DNA from: Octopus sinensis
Taxonomy: Eukaryota
Direction of reading: 5' to 3'
DNA length: 64,000 nt
Assembly (NCBI RefSeq): GCF_006345805.1
Contig: NC_043015.1
Span: 33,108,001-33,172,000 of the forward strand
Made by a program: the position numbers and the translations under genes. Position 1 is the stretch's first letter; every line of letters begins with the position of its first letter. This document shows, piece by piece, positions 1 through 11,350 of this stretch. The notes under the pieces are model-generated. The model worked only from the letters and a program-made list of their open reading frames with translations. It had not been told where the DNA came from and searched no databases.

Positions 1-779
1 GGCGGTGTAATGTGGTGTGGTGATGTGTGGTGTGTTGTGTTGTGGTGGTATGTGGTGTGGTAGTGTTAGGGTGGGGGGATGCGAGGGTGGGGGATGCAAG
101 GGTGGGGTGTGTTGTAGTGATGAGGTGTGGGGTTGAGATGTGTAGTGGTGGGGTGTGGATGGAGGGGTTAGCGATGAAGAGAGGTGGAAGGGAGAAGGTG
201 GGTAGGAATAAAGAGAGGAAGTAGGTGTCAGAGCAAGAGAGAAGAAGTGGGTGTGAAGAGAGGAGAGAGGAGGGGTGTTGAGCCCATGTGGTGCAAAGGA
301 GTGAAGAGAGAAGATTAATTCCTGTTCACGGCGATGATGGAAATCTGGATGGCCCCTGTGCAAGGACAATCTGAACACGTATAGTTCAGGAGTGAATCTT
401 GAAAATATTTGGTCAGAAGAACCACAAAAATTGACCCTTTGAATGTGGAGACTGTTTGGACACAGGAGAAGAGAGAAGAGTCGGGTCATCTGTTTGAGGA
501 GAGTGGCATGCAGATACTTGCTCTCTAAGAACACAGAATTCTACATGATGATCCCATGAAGAGAGTGATAATTGGAAAAAGGAGCCAGTTCATCCCCACA
601 TCAGCAGTAAGGATCATGGCTGGTGCTGCAGTGGGAGGAGGAGGAGGAGGTTTTGTGTACAGTGCAAGAGCCAGTTTGTTAGTGAGGACCTGTCTCTCCA
701 CGAGTGTTGAGGGTAACCATCAATGGAAACCCAAGGCTGACAGTCAGCTCAGCCTATAGTCCAACCAAGGGGGCACAGT

Positions 780-1025
780 GTGAGTGCAGAGGAGTTCCAT
801 GCGAAAATAACACAGAGGAAACTGAAGCTAGCTGGACATGCTCCCTATAATTCAGAGTTGATACTGAACTCAGTGCTCCTGTGGGAGCCCCTACATGGAC
901 ACACTAGAAGAGGGAGACTGAGGATGACATATGCTGATGCCCTAAGGACAGACGCTGGTCTCTGGGAGATGCAGGACATAGCAGCGATGATGATGGACAA
1001 GGACTGCCGGAGAGAACTTGTTTAT
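780..1025 (+). mobile_element. RTE-type non-LTR retrotransposon, C-terminal ORF fragment
   Basis: Translation KITQRKLKLAGH...LLWEPLHGHTRRGRLRMTYADALRTDAGL...MMDKDCRRELV matches the RTE C-terminal pattern (R.RLR.AGH, LLW.P.HG.R.RGRP..TY.D.L..D.G). The rest of ORF 780..1277 is microsatellite. Confidence 0.7.
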
Positions 1026-1048
1026 GGAGTCGGGAATTTTTCCTGCCC

Positions 1049-1120
<72 letters not shown>

Positions 1121-1194
1121 TGTGTATGTATATATATTTATACACACACACATATATATAAACATATATATATATATACATATATGTATATATA

Positions 1195-1701
1195 TTTGCT
1201 CTTTTGTCCTGTTTGGTGTTGGTATTGGTGCTGGTAGGGCCATCAGTGCTGGTGTCTTATTCCTTGGCAGGATTTAGTTTTTATTTCAGATATGTTCCCT
1301 TGAGGATCAGTAGGGCCAGGGGAATGTCTGTCACTCACATCACGGTCTCGATCCTTCTCCTTCTTTGGCTATTTACCATCCTCTTAATAAAAGTTTCAGT
1401 TCAGTACTGACCAAATTCCAATACATCTTTAGACTGTTTCACGTCCTGTGCCAATATAGCTCGGAGAGGTCTAAGCTATATTGATCTGTGCATGCACAGG
1501 TGGGGGAGGGAGGATATTAGTTGGAATAGGGAGGAGACCTCTGTGTGACTTTGAGTATATAACTATAATCTTTCTATAGACATATTCCTATATACACATA
1601 TGTTTAACAAGGAGAGAGAGAGAGTGAGAAAGCAAGAGACAGACAGAGAGTGAGATTGAGAGAAAGAATGAGAGTGAGTGTATGTGTGTGTGTTTGTGTT
1701 T

Positions 1702-1739
<38 letters not shown>

Positions 1740-2034
1740 CGTACACGTGCTAGAGAGAATGTTGTGGGGTGCTATAAGGGGAGTGAGAAGAATTGAGAAA
1801 CTAATCAATTAATCGCAGATTAAATCAAAGGATATAATTGGCGGAGAGACATTTATGTTTTGGGATCGTAAATAGAAAGCAAAACTGAACTTACTGATCT
1901 TCGTAAAATCTCAGTTGTCTGAAAAATTAATTTAAAAAATCAGAGCCTAGAAAGATTTATATATATAAATACACATGTAGTTAATTAAGTAATTATCTAA
2001 ATAATTTGTTACTTATTCAATTATTGCTTTTCTG
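1195..2034 (-). repeat. Unclassified interspersed element, copy 1 (decayed ORF start plus long upstream region)
   Basis: Colinear similarity to 3620-4991 from TTTGCTCTTTTGTCCTGTTTGGTGTT to TATTCAATTA.TGCTTT.CTG, with an internal deletion relative to copy 2. Confidence 0.75.
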
Positions 2035-2747
2035 CAGCTCGTTCAGGTCATAAGGGCAGATGACAAGCAAAAGTGCAAACAATCTTTTGTTGATATGCAA
2101 GAGAAACTTGAAGAAACCCAGTTCAGGGAACGTCTTGTTTTCAGTGATGAGGCCACATTTCATACAAATGGCAAAGTCAATCAGCATAATGTTCGCATTT
2201 GGGGTGAAAGAAAATCCTCATGCCACAATTGAGCATGAGAGGGACTCACCAAAAGTGAATGTGTTTTCCACTATCTCCAAGAAGCATCTTCATGGTCCAT
2301 TTTGCTTTAAGGTAAATGTGTCCGATGATGTTTATCTGCAAATGTTTCAGAACTCATTAATGGATGAGCTCATTGCAAATGAACACGAGGACTTCATTTT
2401 TCAACAGGACAGGGTTAAACCTCACCAGAAGCTTACTGAGCAGGCCTATCTCAATGACAATCTGCGAGGGAGAGGGATAGAGTGTGCTGATGATGAAGAC
2501 AATGTGCTGTTGAAATGACCGCCATCTTCACCTGACCTGAGACCTTGCAAGTCTTTTTCTCTGGGGCTATGTGAAGGGCCAGGTCTATGTCCCCATTCTT
2601 CCTGAAAACCTAGAGGAACTTGAGCAGAGAATCATTACTGCTCTGGAGACTTTTACCCAAGACATACTGCAGCATGTTTGGGAGGAGCTGGACTACTGAT
2701 TTAACGTGTGCCATGTCTCAGGTGGTGCGCATATTGGACATTTGTGA
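2032..2747 (+). pseudogene. IS630-Tc1-mariner transposase remnant (DD41D/rosa-like motifs), frameshifted
   Basis: LQLVQ...LVFSDEATFHTNGKVNQHNVRIWG, then frameshift, ENPH...PKVNVF...GPF...FIFQQD...*PPSSPDL..C, then frameshift, FLWGYVKGQVY...LEELEQRI...GGAHIGHL*. N-terminus missing, replaced by the 1195-2034 element. Confidence 0.9.
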
Positions 2748-3137
2748 AATCATTCATGGAAGCTACACATTTGAAATACAATAATTTTAATGTCATGATT
2801 AGCGAAAGTGAAACCGGCCGACAAACACAACGTAAAATATAATAAAAAATATATTAAAACTATGTAAAGTATGTGCACTTCCCTTCTTTTATTTATATAT
2901 ATATTTTATGCATTACGACTCACCACGTGGGGATAATCAAAATTCGTCTCTTTTTGTTGCTCAATTACGTTCTGGTGTTTGCTAAATTTTTCTTTAGAAC
3001 ATTTCTTAGTAGTAAGACCACAGCAGATCTACTTCTAGTATAAGGGTTGTCCACATAGTGGTCATCCCCCTCATATGTATACATACACACACACACATAT
3101 ATCCATATATATGTACATGTGTACAGAGATACATGTT

Positions 3138-3185
<48 letters not shown>

Positions 3186-3189
3186 GGGG

Positions 3190-3480
3190 GAGTTCATGAA
3201 AAAAACAAAAGACTAAGACAGGTGGTGTACAAAACAAACAGATGTATTAGTATAATGTTCAGGAATAGAAAAAGTCTTTTAAGTTTCGAGCCTACGCTCT
3301 TACAGAAAAGCAAAAGATGAAGACGGGTGTGTAAGCAACAAGCTGGTGTATTAGTTTGACGTTCAGGAAGGTGAGAAAGTCTTTTACTTTTCGAGCCTAT
3401 GCTCTTCATCAGAAAGGAACATGAGGAAATAAACAGAGACAGAATAAAAAAAAGTTTTCGAGTTAGTGGTCAATCATGGT
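3190..3480 (-). mobile_element. Penelope pLTR-like pyrimidine-rich segment with two tandem degenerate hammerhead motifs
   Basis: Two ~105-bp related units on the minus strand, each carrying GAGC-N4-GCTC-GAAA. Unit 3381-3416 reads CTTT CTGATGA A GAGC ATAG GCTC GAAA AG TA AAAG. Confidence 0.55.
3381..3416 (-). ncRNA. Minimal type I hammerhead ribozyme motif, one stem III mismatch
   Basis: CUGAUGA and GAAA cores, stem II GAGC/GCUC, stem I CUUU/AAAG, GUA triplet; position 15.2 is A instead of C. Confidence 0.65.
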
Positions 3481-3489
3481 GATGTATAG

Positions 3490-3522
<33 letters not shown>

Positions 3523-3557
3523 CATATGTATATATATATATATGTGTGTGTGTGTGT

Positions 3558-3605
<48 letters not shown>

Positions 3606-3619
3606 CACACATATATACA

Positions 3620-4502
3620 TTTGCTCTTTTGTCCTGTTTGGTGTTGATATTGGTGCTGGTAGGGCCATCAGTGCTGATGTCTTCTTCCTTGGCAGGTTTC
3701 TCAATTTTAGTTATGGTTTCAGATAAATTCCCTTGTGGATCGGTAGGGCCAGGGGTATGTCTGTTACTCACAACAGGGTCTCCATCCTTGCTGTTTATGA
3801 GTTCCTGTGCAAAGATGGTGTTAAGTGTGTTAATGTGAGGTTTGATGAGAGCATAGGAGTGGATCAACTCTCGTTTTTTCCCTTCTGTCTGAGCTGTGGT
3901 CCTTCTGTAGCCATTGCTCTTTAGAGCTGCCTTTATAATATTATTTGGATTGACTCCTTCAGCTATATTCCATCCTTTTAGTAACAGTTTCAGTTCAGCG
4001 CTGATCCAATTTCAAGACATCTTTAGCCTGCTGTTGCCTCTTGTATATGTTTAGAGAAATATTGAGGTAAGGAGAGAGAGGGAGAGGGGAAGAAAGAGAT
4101 ACAATCTGTTTTGATCTATGCGTGCACAGTTGGGAGGGGTATTAGCTGGGATAGCGAAGAGTGATCCTTGTGACTTTGTGTATACAACTATAATCTTTCT
4201 ATAGACATATTTCTATATACAGACATGTTCAATGTATAGGTATACAAGGAAAAGAGAGATCAAAAGAGAGAGAGAGAGAGAGAGAGAGTGCAAGAGAGAG
4301 TGAGGAGGGGACATAGAGTGAGAGAGAATGAGTGTGTATACATGTGTGTGTGTGTGCTAGAGAGTGTGGGCTGTTATAGGGAGAGCGACATGGGGGGGAA
4401 TTGAGAGATTAGTCAATCAAGAGATGTGTGTGACTTTGAGAGTATATCTATAATTTTTCTATCGACATATTCCCAAATACACACATATTCAACAGATAGG
4501 TA

Positions 4503-4542
<40 letters not shown>

Positions 4543-4991
4543 AGGAGAGAGAAAGAGAGCAGGAGATAGAGAGTGAGAGAGAGAGAGCAAGAGAAAAAGA
4601 GAGAGAGTGAGAGAGAGAGACAGAGAACAAAAGAGAGTATGTGTGTGTGTGTACATGTGAGTGTGTGCGTGCACGCGTGATAGAGAGAGAGAGTGGGGGT
4701 GTGCAACAGGGGAGAGACATGGACGAGAGAGAGAGAGAAGAATTGAGAAATTAATCAATCGCAGATTAGATCGAAGAGTATAAGAAGTGGAGAGACTTAT
4801 ATATTTTGGGATCGTAAATATAAAAGGAAAACAGATTTTAGTTATTTTCGTAAAATTTCAGTTGAATGAAAAATTCATTTAAAGTACCTAAAAAGATTTA
4901 GAGCTTTAAAATGATTTATATATAAAGTCACGTGTAGTTAATTAATTAATTAACTAAATAATTAATCACGTATTCAATTACTGCTTTCCTG
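3620..4991 (-). repeat. Unclassified interspersed element, copy 2, with decayed ORF and internal duplication
   Basis: Minus-strand frame from ATG at 4020: MS*NWISAELKLLLKGWNIAEGVNPNNIIKAALKSNGYRRTTAQTEGKKRELIHSYALIKPH... open to the microsatellite at 3620. Sub-unit GTGTGACTTTGAG..TATATCTATAAT... occurs twice (~4170 and ~4427). Confidence 0.75.
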
Positions 4992-5439
4992 GAAATCTAG
5001 ATATATAAGTCAGACACCTTTCTGTTTATATATGGGAAAATAATACCACACGAGGAACTGGTTAGTGTAAACAAAGTCGTTCTTACCTCTCTTGTTGCCT
5101 TTGAACAACATATCTGTTTATATATAAGAAAATAAAGCCACATGAGGAATTGGTCAATGTAAACAAAGTTGTTCTTACCTCAATTGTTGGCTTTCGACAG
5201 ATCGTAATAATGAAATGACAGAAGAATTGTATATCATACGTTTTTTCTTTACTCCACTTATTCTCTAAGACAATTGGATTTTTTACTGTGTAAGTAGGGA
5301 AGTTTCGATCCTTGGTCTGATTATTCACAATTGTTTTGCCGCACATGGGTAATATACGAGTTTTTATGAAAACAAACACAAACTTAGTAAATTTCACACT
5401 TTTCCATGAAAATTCTGTGTATGTAGTGTTTTGTTGATT

Positions 5440-5820
5440 TTTGTAGTGTGTATTATTACCTCAGGATAGAATAAAGATTAGTTACTTTAATAATAATGGT
5501 ACATTCCACCTACAGAATGGGAAGGTCACTATAAGTAAAGAGACATCGGCCAGTATCAAGAGAGTACGTAAAGTATGAGAGTACATATTAGACTCTGTTG
5601 TTGGTCATGTCTGTAGTGGCCTAGTAATTATACTGCAATACCGTGTGGGCATTACAATGATCAAACCATTTGACGATAATAACACTGTATGACTGGGGGT
5701 TGTACAGTGCCAGGTAGAAACATTTTATTAATGTCTTCGGAATATAACAACATCTGTCAAAGTGACAACTATTGTACAAAGACAGCTACAACAGCGAGAC
5801 AACAGACTGCTTTATAATAG
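5440..5820 (+). mobile_element. Putative 5' LTR of the Gypsy remnant
   Basis: Lies immediately upstream of a PBS. The 3' end (…TTTATAATAG) is not a clean CA and the left boundary is approximate. Confidence 0.35.
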
Positions 5821-5833
5821 TGGCGACGAGGAT
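5821..5833 (+). promoter_or_regulatory. Primer-binding site complementary to the tRNA-Ser(GCU) 3' end
   Basis: TGGCGACGAGGAT is the reverse complement of ATCCTCGTCGCCA, the 3' end of metazoan tRNA-Ser(GCU) as I recall it; it lies ~90 bp upstream of gag. Confidence 0.75.
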
Positions 5834-5921
5834 AAACCAATTCCTGTGGAGTTAATGGAAACTTGAAGAGGAGTTCAACTCACAAAGTTTGTGTATGAAT
5901 TTTATGAAAAATCGTAAAAGT

Positions 5922-7000
5922 ATGGAAAATTTGTTGGCAGGTTTGCTTATGTTGCAAAAACAGCAACAAAAACAGCAGATACAACTGCAAGAGCAACAAC
6001 AGAAGCAACAACAACAACAACAAATGATATTACAGCAACAAATTCTGTAATTACTGAAGACTTCAGGAAAGTCAGAAAAAATCTTCTCACCAGACTGTGT
6101 TGTGAATTCAGTAACTGAATTTAAATACGAACCTGACGAAGGAGTTACCTTCGAAGCATACTGCAGAAGATATGAGCAAATCTTCACGAAAGAATATAAA
6201 GATTAGGATGACGAGATGAAACCGCAATTAATCTTGAGAAAACTCACAGCAACACAACACAAACAATGCAGTAATTATGTACTTCCAAGAAAACCTTCAG
6301 ACATAAACTTTAATGATACAAATAGATATATTGTGTAAAATTTTCAGTGAAAAAGCTTATTGTTCAACACACAGAAATGTCGAAACATAGAGAAAAACAA
6401 CAACGAAGATTTTATTACATATGCTGGTAGAGTAAATAGGGAATGCAAGAAGTTTAAACTGGATAAACTCCAAATAAGGTCAAATGCCTGATTTTTATAC
6501 AGGGACTAACTGCCAAAAAGGACACAGAAGTCAGAATGAGACCTCCTGCAAAGCTGGAGCAAAGCCAGGATGTAACCCTGCAAAAGGTGTCTGAAGAATG
6601 TGAAAGGATATTTAAATTAAGACACAGCACAGAGGATATTGAACGTAGAGACTGTTTCCAAGTAAAACCAGTGGGGAATCGTCCGAATGGAAATAAAGTG
6701 TTTTCTGAAAAACACAACAAACACCAGGGAATAAACTCATGTTTTGCATGTGGAAGTATACACCTGAGGAAAAATTGTCCATTTAAGAAAGAAGAGTGTT
6801 TTCGTTGTGGAAATATAAGACATATAAAGTCGCACTGAAGAACGAAGATAATAAAACATCAGAAAAAAGGTGAAAGAATAAATTATGTCATCGGAAGAAA
6901 TTGGAATTATAATGAGGAGGAAATTCATGAAGGTGAAAATCAGAAATACAACTGTTAAAATGCAGTCAGACACGGGTAGCGACATTACCATTATATATAT
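5922..7000 (+). mobile_element. Ty3/Gypsy (Mag-like) gag and protease remnant
   Basis: MENLL..polyQ..EFKYEPDEGVTFEAYCRRYEQIF...LILRKL...NYVLPRKPSDINF, double zinc knuckle CFACGSIHLRKNCPFKKEECFRCGNIRHIKSH, aspartyl protease MQSDTGSDITII. Several stops and frameshifts; cut at ~7002 by a Helitron. Confidence 0.92.
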
Positions 7001-7002
7001 TA

Positions 7003-7362
7003 CTAGCAGTATGACTCGGCAACGTCAGGTCATAGTGCTAGTGCATGCATATACAGCTGCATGCATGCTCACATACACGCAAATACTGTCCAAATCTCCG
7101 ACCAATCACATACAGCTAGCTGGCATTCAATTGGCGTATCAAGTTTCGGGCATTTTGATTGGGTTTTGGATAGAAAATTCACAAAAAAGTCACTTCTATT
7201 GATTTTTTAATGGCTTTGCGGGGTGACTGGGGAAATGTAAAGATGTGTACGACCACACTTGAATGGTTTTGAATGACCATAGAAAGTGCGAGCCCTCTAA
7301 CTGAAAAATTGTGGATTTGTATAAAGGACACGCACACAGACATTTTGCTGTTCATATATATA
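7003..7362 (-). mobile_element. Non-autonomous Helitron
   Basis: Minus strand ends in hairpin ATGACCTGACGTTGCCGAGTCAT, then ACTG, CTAG|T. The 5' region (TA)n-GAACAGCAAAATGTCTGTGTG resembles the 5' ends of the Helitrons at 8852 and 57375; the terminal TC is lost in the TA run. Confidence 0.65.
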
Positions 7363-7382
7363 TATATGTATATATATATATA

Positions 7383-7620
7383 TCTCTTATTATAAAAGGC
7401 AGATTTTATCTGCCTCCCTTTGGGAGTTATACAAATCTACAATATAGGATTTCTTCAATTACAATTTACCTAGCAATTTTAAGAGTACAATGCATCGCGT
7501 CATGCCAGGTCCAGTTTTTAAAATTTAAACTCCAATTAAGCAAAATTTACAGAAAACTCACATTCTGGTGTGTGTCAAATGCTTTTCTTAGTCTGGTTTA
7601 CACCACACGCAAACGCACAC
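7383..7620 (+). mobile_element. Possible Helitron 5' portion
   Basis: A|TCTCTTATTATAAAAGGCAG start is typical of Helitron 5' termini; no 3' CTAG-hairpin end found. Confidence 0.35.
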
Positions 7621-7801
7621 ACACAGTGTGCTACGAATAAAGTGAAACTAATTCAGTGTGTTGACAGGTAGACAATAGAATGCGATGACGACTATGACGC
7701 TGATAGATACATGAGTAATATGTATGGGAAGCTAACACATAAGAGTGAGTGAAAATGTTCTTGGAAGAGAGTAAATAGCCAGAGAGTAATAAAGTAAACA
7801 T

Positions 7802-7992
7802 ATACTCATACATACATACATACATACATACATACATACATACATACATACATACATACACACACATACACACACACATACATACATACACACACACATA
7901 CATACATACACACATACATACATACATACATACATATACATACATACATACATATACATACATACATACACACACACACATACACACACACA
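7802..7992. repeat. (CATA)n/(CA)n microsatellite
   Basis: Direct reading. Confidence 0.95.
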
Positions 7993-8303
7993 CAGTATTG
8001 AAGCTTGAGAACAATCAGATACATCTGCAACACATCTGTTGAAAATATTATTGTTCACACACATACATATACATATATACATACAGAGAGACAGACAGAT
8101 AGACACACACACACACACATGATCCAGCATGGCCACAACCTCAAGGCTGAAACGTATAAAACAATAACAGAATATAAATGTGTGCATGTGTGTGAGAGAG
8201 AGAGTGTGTGTGTATATGTATGTATGTATGTATATATATATAATAATGCGGTTTTTTCAACAGCTTGAACTAAATGTCAGAGGGGAATGGGATAAACTAC
8301 TTA

Positions 8304-8838
8304 TATTAACTTGCTATAAAAGCAGGTAGTAATTTTATCTTGTCCTTATTCATAGTGCAAGTTTTGAAGAGTGCATTTCGATTTTAACAGCTATTTTTTT
8401 CAAAGCTATATTGGAAGTAACAAAGGAGCATATTTGGCATATTTTGCTTTATGAGTTCAATAAAGACAACAACGCAACGGAAAGTACAAGAAATATTAAT
8501 GCAGTATATGGGGATTGGACAATAAGCGTAAGGCAGTGTCAATGGTGGTTCCAGAAATTCCGAGCCATAAACTACAGCCTAGAAGACGAGCCTCATCCTG
8601 AAAGATCTGTAGAACTCGACAAGGACATCCTGAAAACCCTGGTGGAACAAAATCTCATCGTAACTGTTGAGGAACTAGCAGAGAAGCTTGGATTTGGTCA
8701 TTCAACCATTCATTGAGACCTGTGTGCTATCGGAAAAGTCAGCAAATTGGGTCAATGGGTTCCTCACGAACTTTCCGAGTCTAATTGCATGCAGAGAGTG
8801 AATGTATGCTTTTCTTTGCTGTCACATCTCACCACTAC
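8304..8838 (+). mobile_element. Mariner transposon 5' half (TIR-like end plus N-terminal HTH)
   Basis: EVTKEHIWHILLYEFNK.NNATESTRNINAVYG...RQCQWWFQKFR...SLEDEP...TVEELAEKLG..HSTIH*DL...GKVSKLGQWVPHEL (mariner WVPHEL motif); one stop. Confidence 0.92.
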
Positions 8839-8851
8839 TGCGCTATGTATA

Positions 8852-9487
8852 TCTATATATATAAAACTGTAGTTGTGTGAGTGTCTGTCCCCTTCGATTT
8901 AGATTCCTAACTACTCCCACATTTTGCGGTGCAGTTTAACCAAATTCGGGTAGCTTATAGTCGTGATTCATATCGAGCCCGTCTGACTATTAGCGCGCGT
9001 CAACGATGAGTCTACGATTTTAAAAATAATTTAACATCATTTTTTATTCCATTTTAATGCATAATTTTTCGTGTGTCGATGGCGGCGGAGTTGGCGTCCA
9101 CGCTCACACCTGCACCTGTGGGGAAGGGAGTGTAAGGAAATCAACGTCGTAATGCGTTGTCAAGGAGACCAGCGTTCTTTTAGAACAACGACTTCATGGC
9201 TTGAAGACACCAAAACAGAAATGGCTAAGAAAGCGTCTACATGAGTCTACGATTTAAAAAAAAATTTACCATCGTTTTTTTTCCATTTTAATGCATTTTT
9301 TCGCTATTATATAAGGGAAGTAACTCTCTAAAAATGTCTACGATGAGTCAACGATTTAAAAAAAAATTACCATCATATTTTTTCCATTTTTAATGTATTT
9401 TTTGCTATTTTTTGGCTATAACTCTCTAAAAATGCTTATATAGTTATTTCCCTTACAAACCCGAGCAACGCCGGGCGATACTGCTAG
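8852..9487 (+). mobile_element. Complete non-autonomous Helitron (636 bp)
   Basis: A|TCTATATATATAAAACTG 5' end; 3' hairpin CCCGAGCAACGCCGGG followed by CGATACTG CTAG|T; three internal ~65-bp repeats (GTC.ACGATGAGTCTACGATTT...CCATTTTAATG); no TSD. Confidence 0.85.
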
Positions 9488-9510
9488 TATATATATAATA
9501 TATATATATG

Positions 9511-9542
<32 letters not shown>

Positions 9543-9557
9543 TATAATATATATATA

Positions 9558-9602
<45 letters not shown>

Positions 9603-10272
9603 CAACAAGATATCCGTTTATTTTGATTCTAATCACCTTATTTTGAAATTGTATGGATAATATCGTACTAAATTCTGGTGCCTCAACTTAAGTACCATAT
9701 TCACCTGAATCTAAATTTTTGCTGAACTTTTATATATATATGCATACATACAGATATATATGGACACACAAACACATGTATAAACACCTAAAGATATATA
9801 CATAGACATAACACACATATGCATGCGCACACACACACAGAGAACATTATGATCGTTATTAAAACGGTATAGCTAAATAGAACATGTCTGGGAGAGTATC
9901 AAGTAGAGTTCTCTGACGACCAATGTCGCTGATTCTTGAACAATAATTACTTTTTATTGTTAACGAGAGGAAATCCTATTTTTATAAGAATCTTCGAATA
10001 ATGAGTGATAAAAGCTGCGTTGTATAACAGACTCTGTAAGTTGTTTAAGTAATATAACATTTGTCAGTTTTCTTGGCCTTCGGTAAAATACAGAATTGTA
10101 TGACAAGCTCTCTGGATTGAAGAAGCAACTTGCAAAGCTAGACTGCGAAATTCTTGCTCAAATCTACCAAGATATTTAATTTGACAAGCTGTTCGTTTAA
10201 TATATATAGCACAGGTAGCTGCTGATCATGAGATGCAGTAATGTTGTCTGGTTATAAATACATATTCGTTTA

Positions 10273-10450
10273 TTCATTTACTCATTTACTTGTTTGAATC
10301 ATTTGAGTGTGGCCATGCTGGAGCACCACCTTCAGCTGAACAAATTTTGACTCCAGAACTTATTCTATCAGTTTCTTTTGCCGAACTGCTGGTGTTATGG
10401 GGATGTAAACACATCAACATCAGTTGTCAAGTGATAGTGGGGGGGGGACA

Positions 10451-10510
<60 letters not shown>

Positions 10511-10662
10511 CACACAACAGGCATCTTTCAGTTTCCTTCTACCAAATCCACTCACAAGGCTTTGGTCCACCCAAGGGTATAGTAAGAGACACTTGCCCAA
10601 AGTGCCACGCAGTGGAACTGAACCTGGGACCATGTGGTTGGGAAGCAAGCTTCTTGCCGCAC
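10273..10662 (-). mobile_element. tRNA-derived SINE, family 1
   Basis: Reverse complement gives a head with B-box GGTTCAGTTCC, CTTTGGGCAAGTGTCTCTTAC core, internal CA/TA microsatellite and the tail CCAGCATGGCCAC..GAAAC-AAGTAAATGAG. Diverged relative of 14873-15291. Confidence 0.85.
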
Positions 10663-10719
10663 ACACACACACACCACACACACACACATATATATGATAT
10701 AGAAGCACTCTGTTGGTTA

Positions 10720-11350
10720 TGATGACAAGAAAAAATAAGATTTTTTTTTTTACAGTTTCTATCTTCGCTTTTGTTAAACACAATATTTTAATTGTTTAGA
10801 AATATTTCTAAGTGAATGTAATTTCAAAAATATAAGTTGTTTGTACAGTAAGTATGTATATTTTATCTTTCTTTAAACAGACAATATTTTAAAGCTTTTT
10901 GAAATTATTTTCAAGTGAATATCATTACAAAAGATTTTTTGGCATATTTAAAAAATATTCCAAAGTGAAAATGACTTTAAAACTACAGTAAATATTTCGT
11001 AAAAGACCCATTTGTAACCTCAGTGAGAAATAACTTTTTTTTTGGAGTGCATTAAACGTATCTCACCTCCAAAGATTTGGCTGCTATTTCCAGCATGCCC
11101 TGCTACCACATAACAGCTATTTACGATAAAGGACCTGAGATACCTGTTATGTGGTAGCAGGGCATGCAAGAAATAGCAGCTAAATCTTTCCTTTTCTGGG
11201 GAAGGAGCCATTTACACGAGATTTCGCTGTCACATTTGTTGAAAGCATGCAAAATAACCTGGAAAAGTTTTTTAAAAACCCACAAAACAAAACTCCATTG
11301 CTGGGAAACTCAGAGTTTCCTGGTGACCCAATGGGTCACGAGTAGTCTAG
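10720..11350 (+). mobile_element. Helitron family 2, copy 1 (5'-truncated)
   Basis: 3' hairpin GTGACCC-AAT-GGGTCAC (11323-11339), then GAGTAGT, CTAG|T (11347-11350); colinear with 11625-12238. Confidence 0.75.

Noticed and set aside
2020-2037. Splice-acceptor-like TTGCTTTTCTGCAG before the transposase
   Set aside because: CTG CAG is the LQ of the transposase LQLVQ motif, joined to the end of the 1195-2034 element; it is an insertion junction, not evidence of domestication.
5046-5182. Two copies of a 45-bp unit (CCACA.GAGGAA.TGGT.A.TGTAAACAAAGT.GTTCTTACCTC) and ORF 5083..5397
   Set aside because: A simple local duplication; the ORF has no recognisable similarity.
6133-6156. CTGACGA-AGG-AGTTA-CCT-TC-GAAG hammerhead-like string
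   Set aside because: It has GAAG instead of GAAA and no stem I/III, and it is explained by the gag codons PDEGVTFEA.
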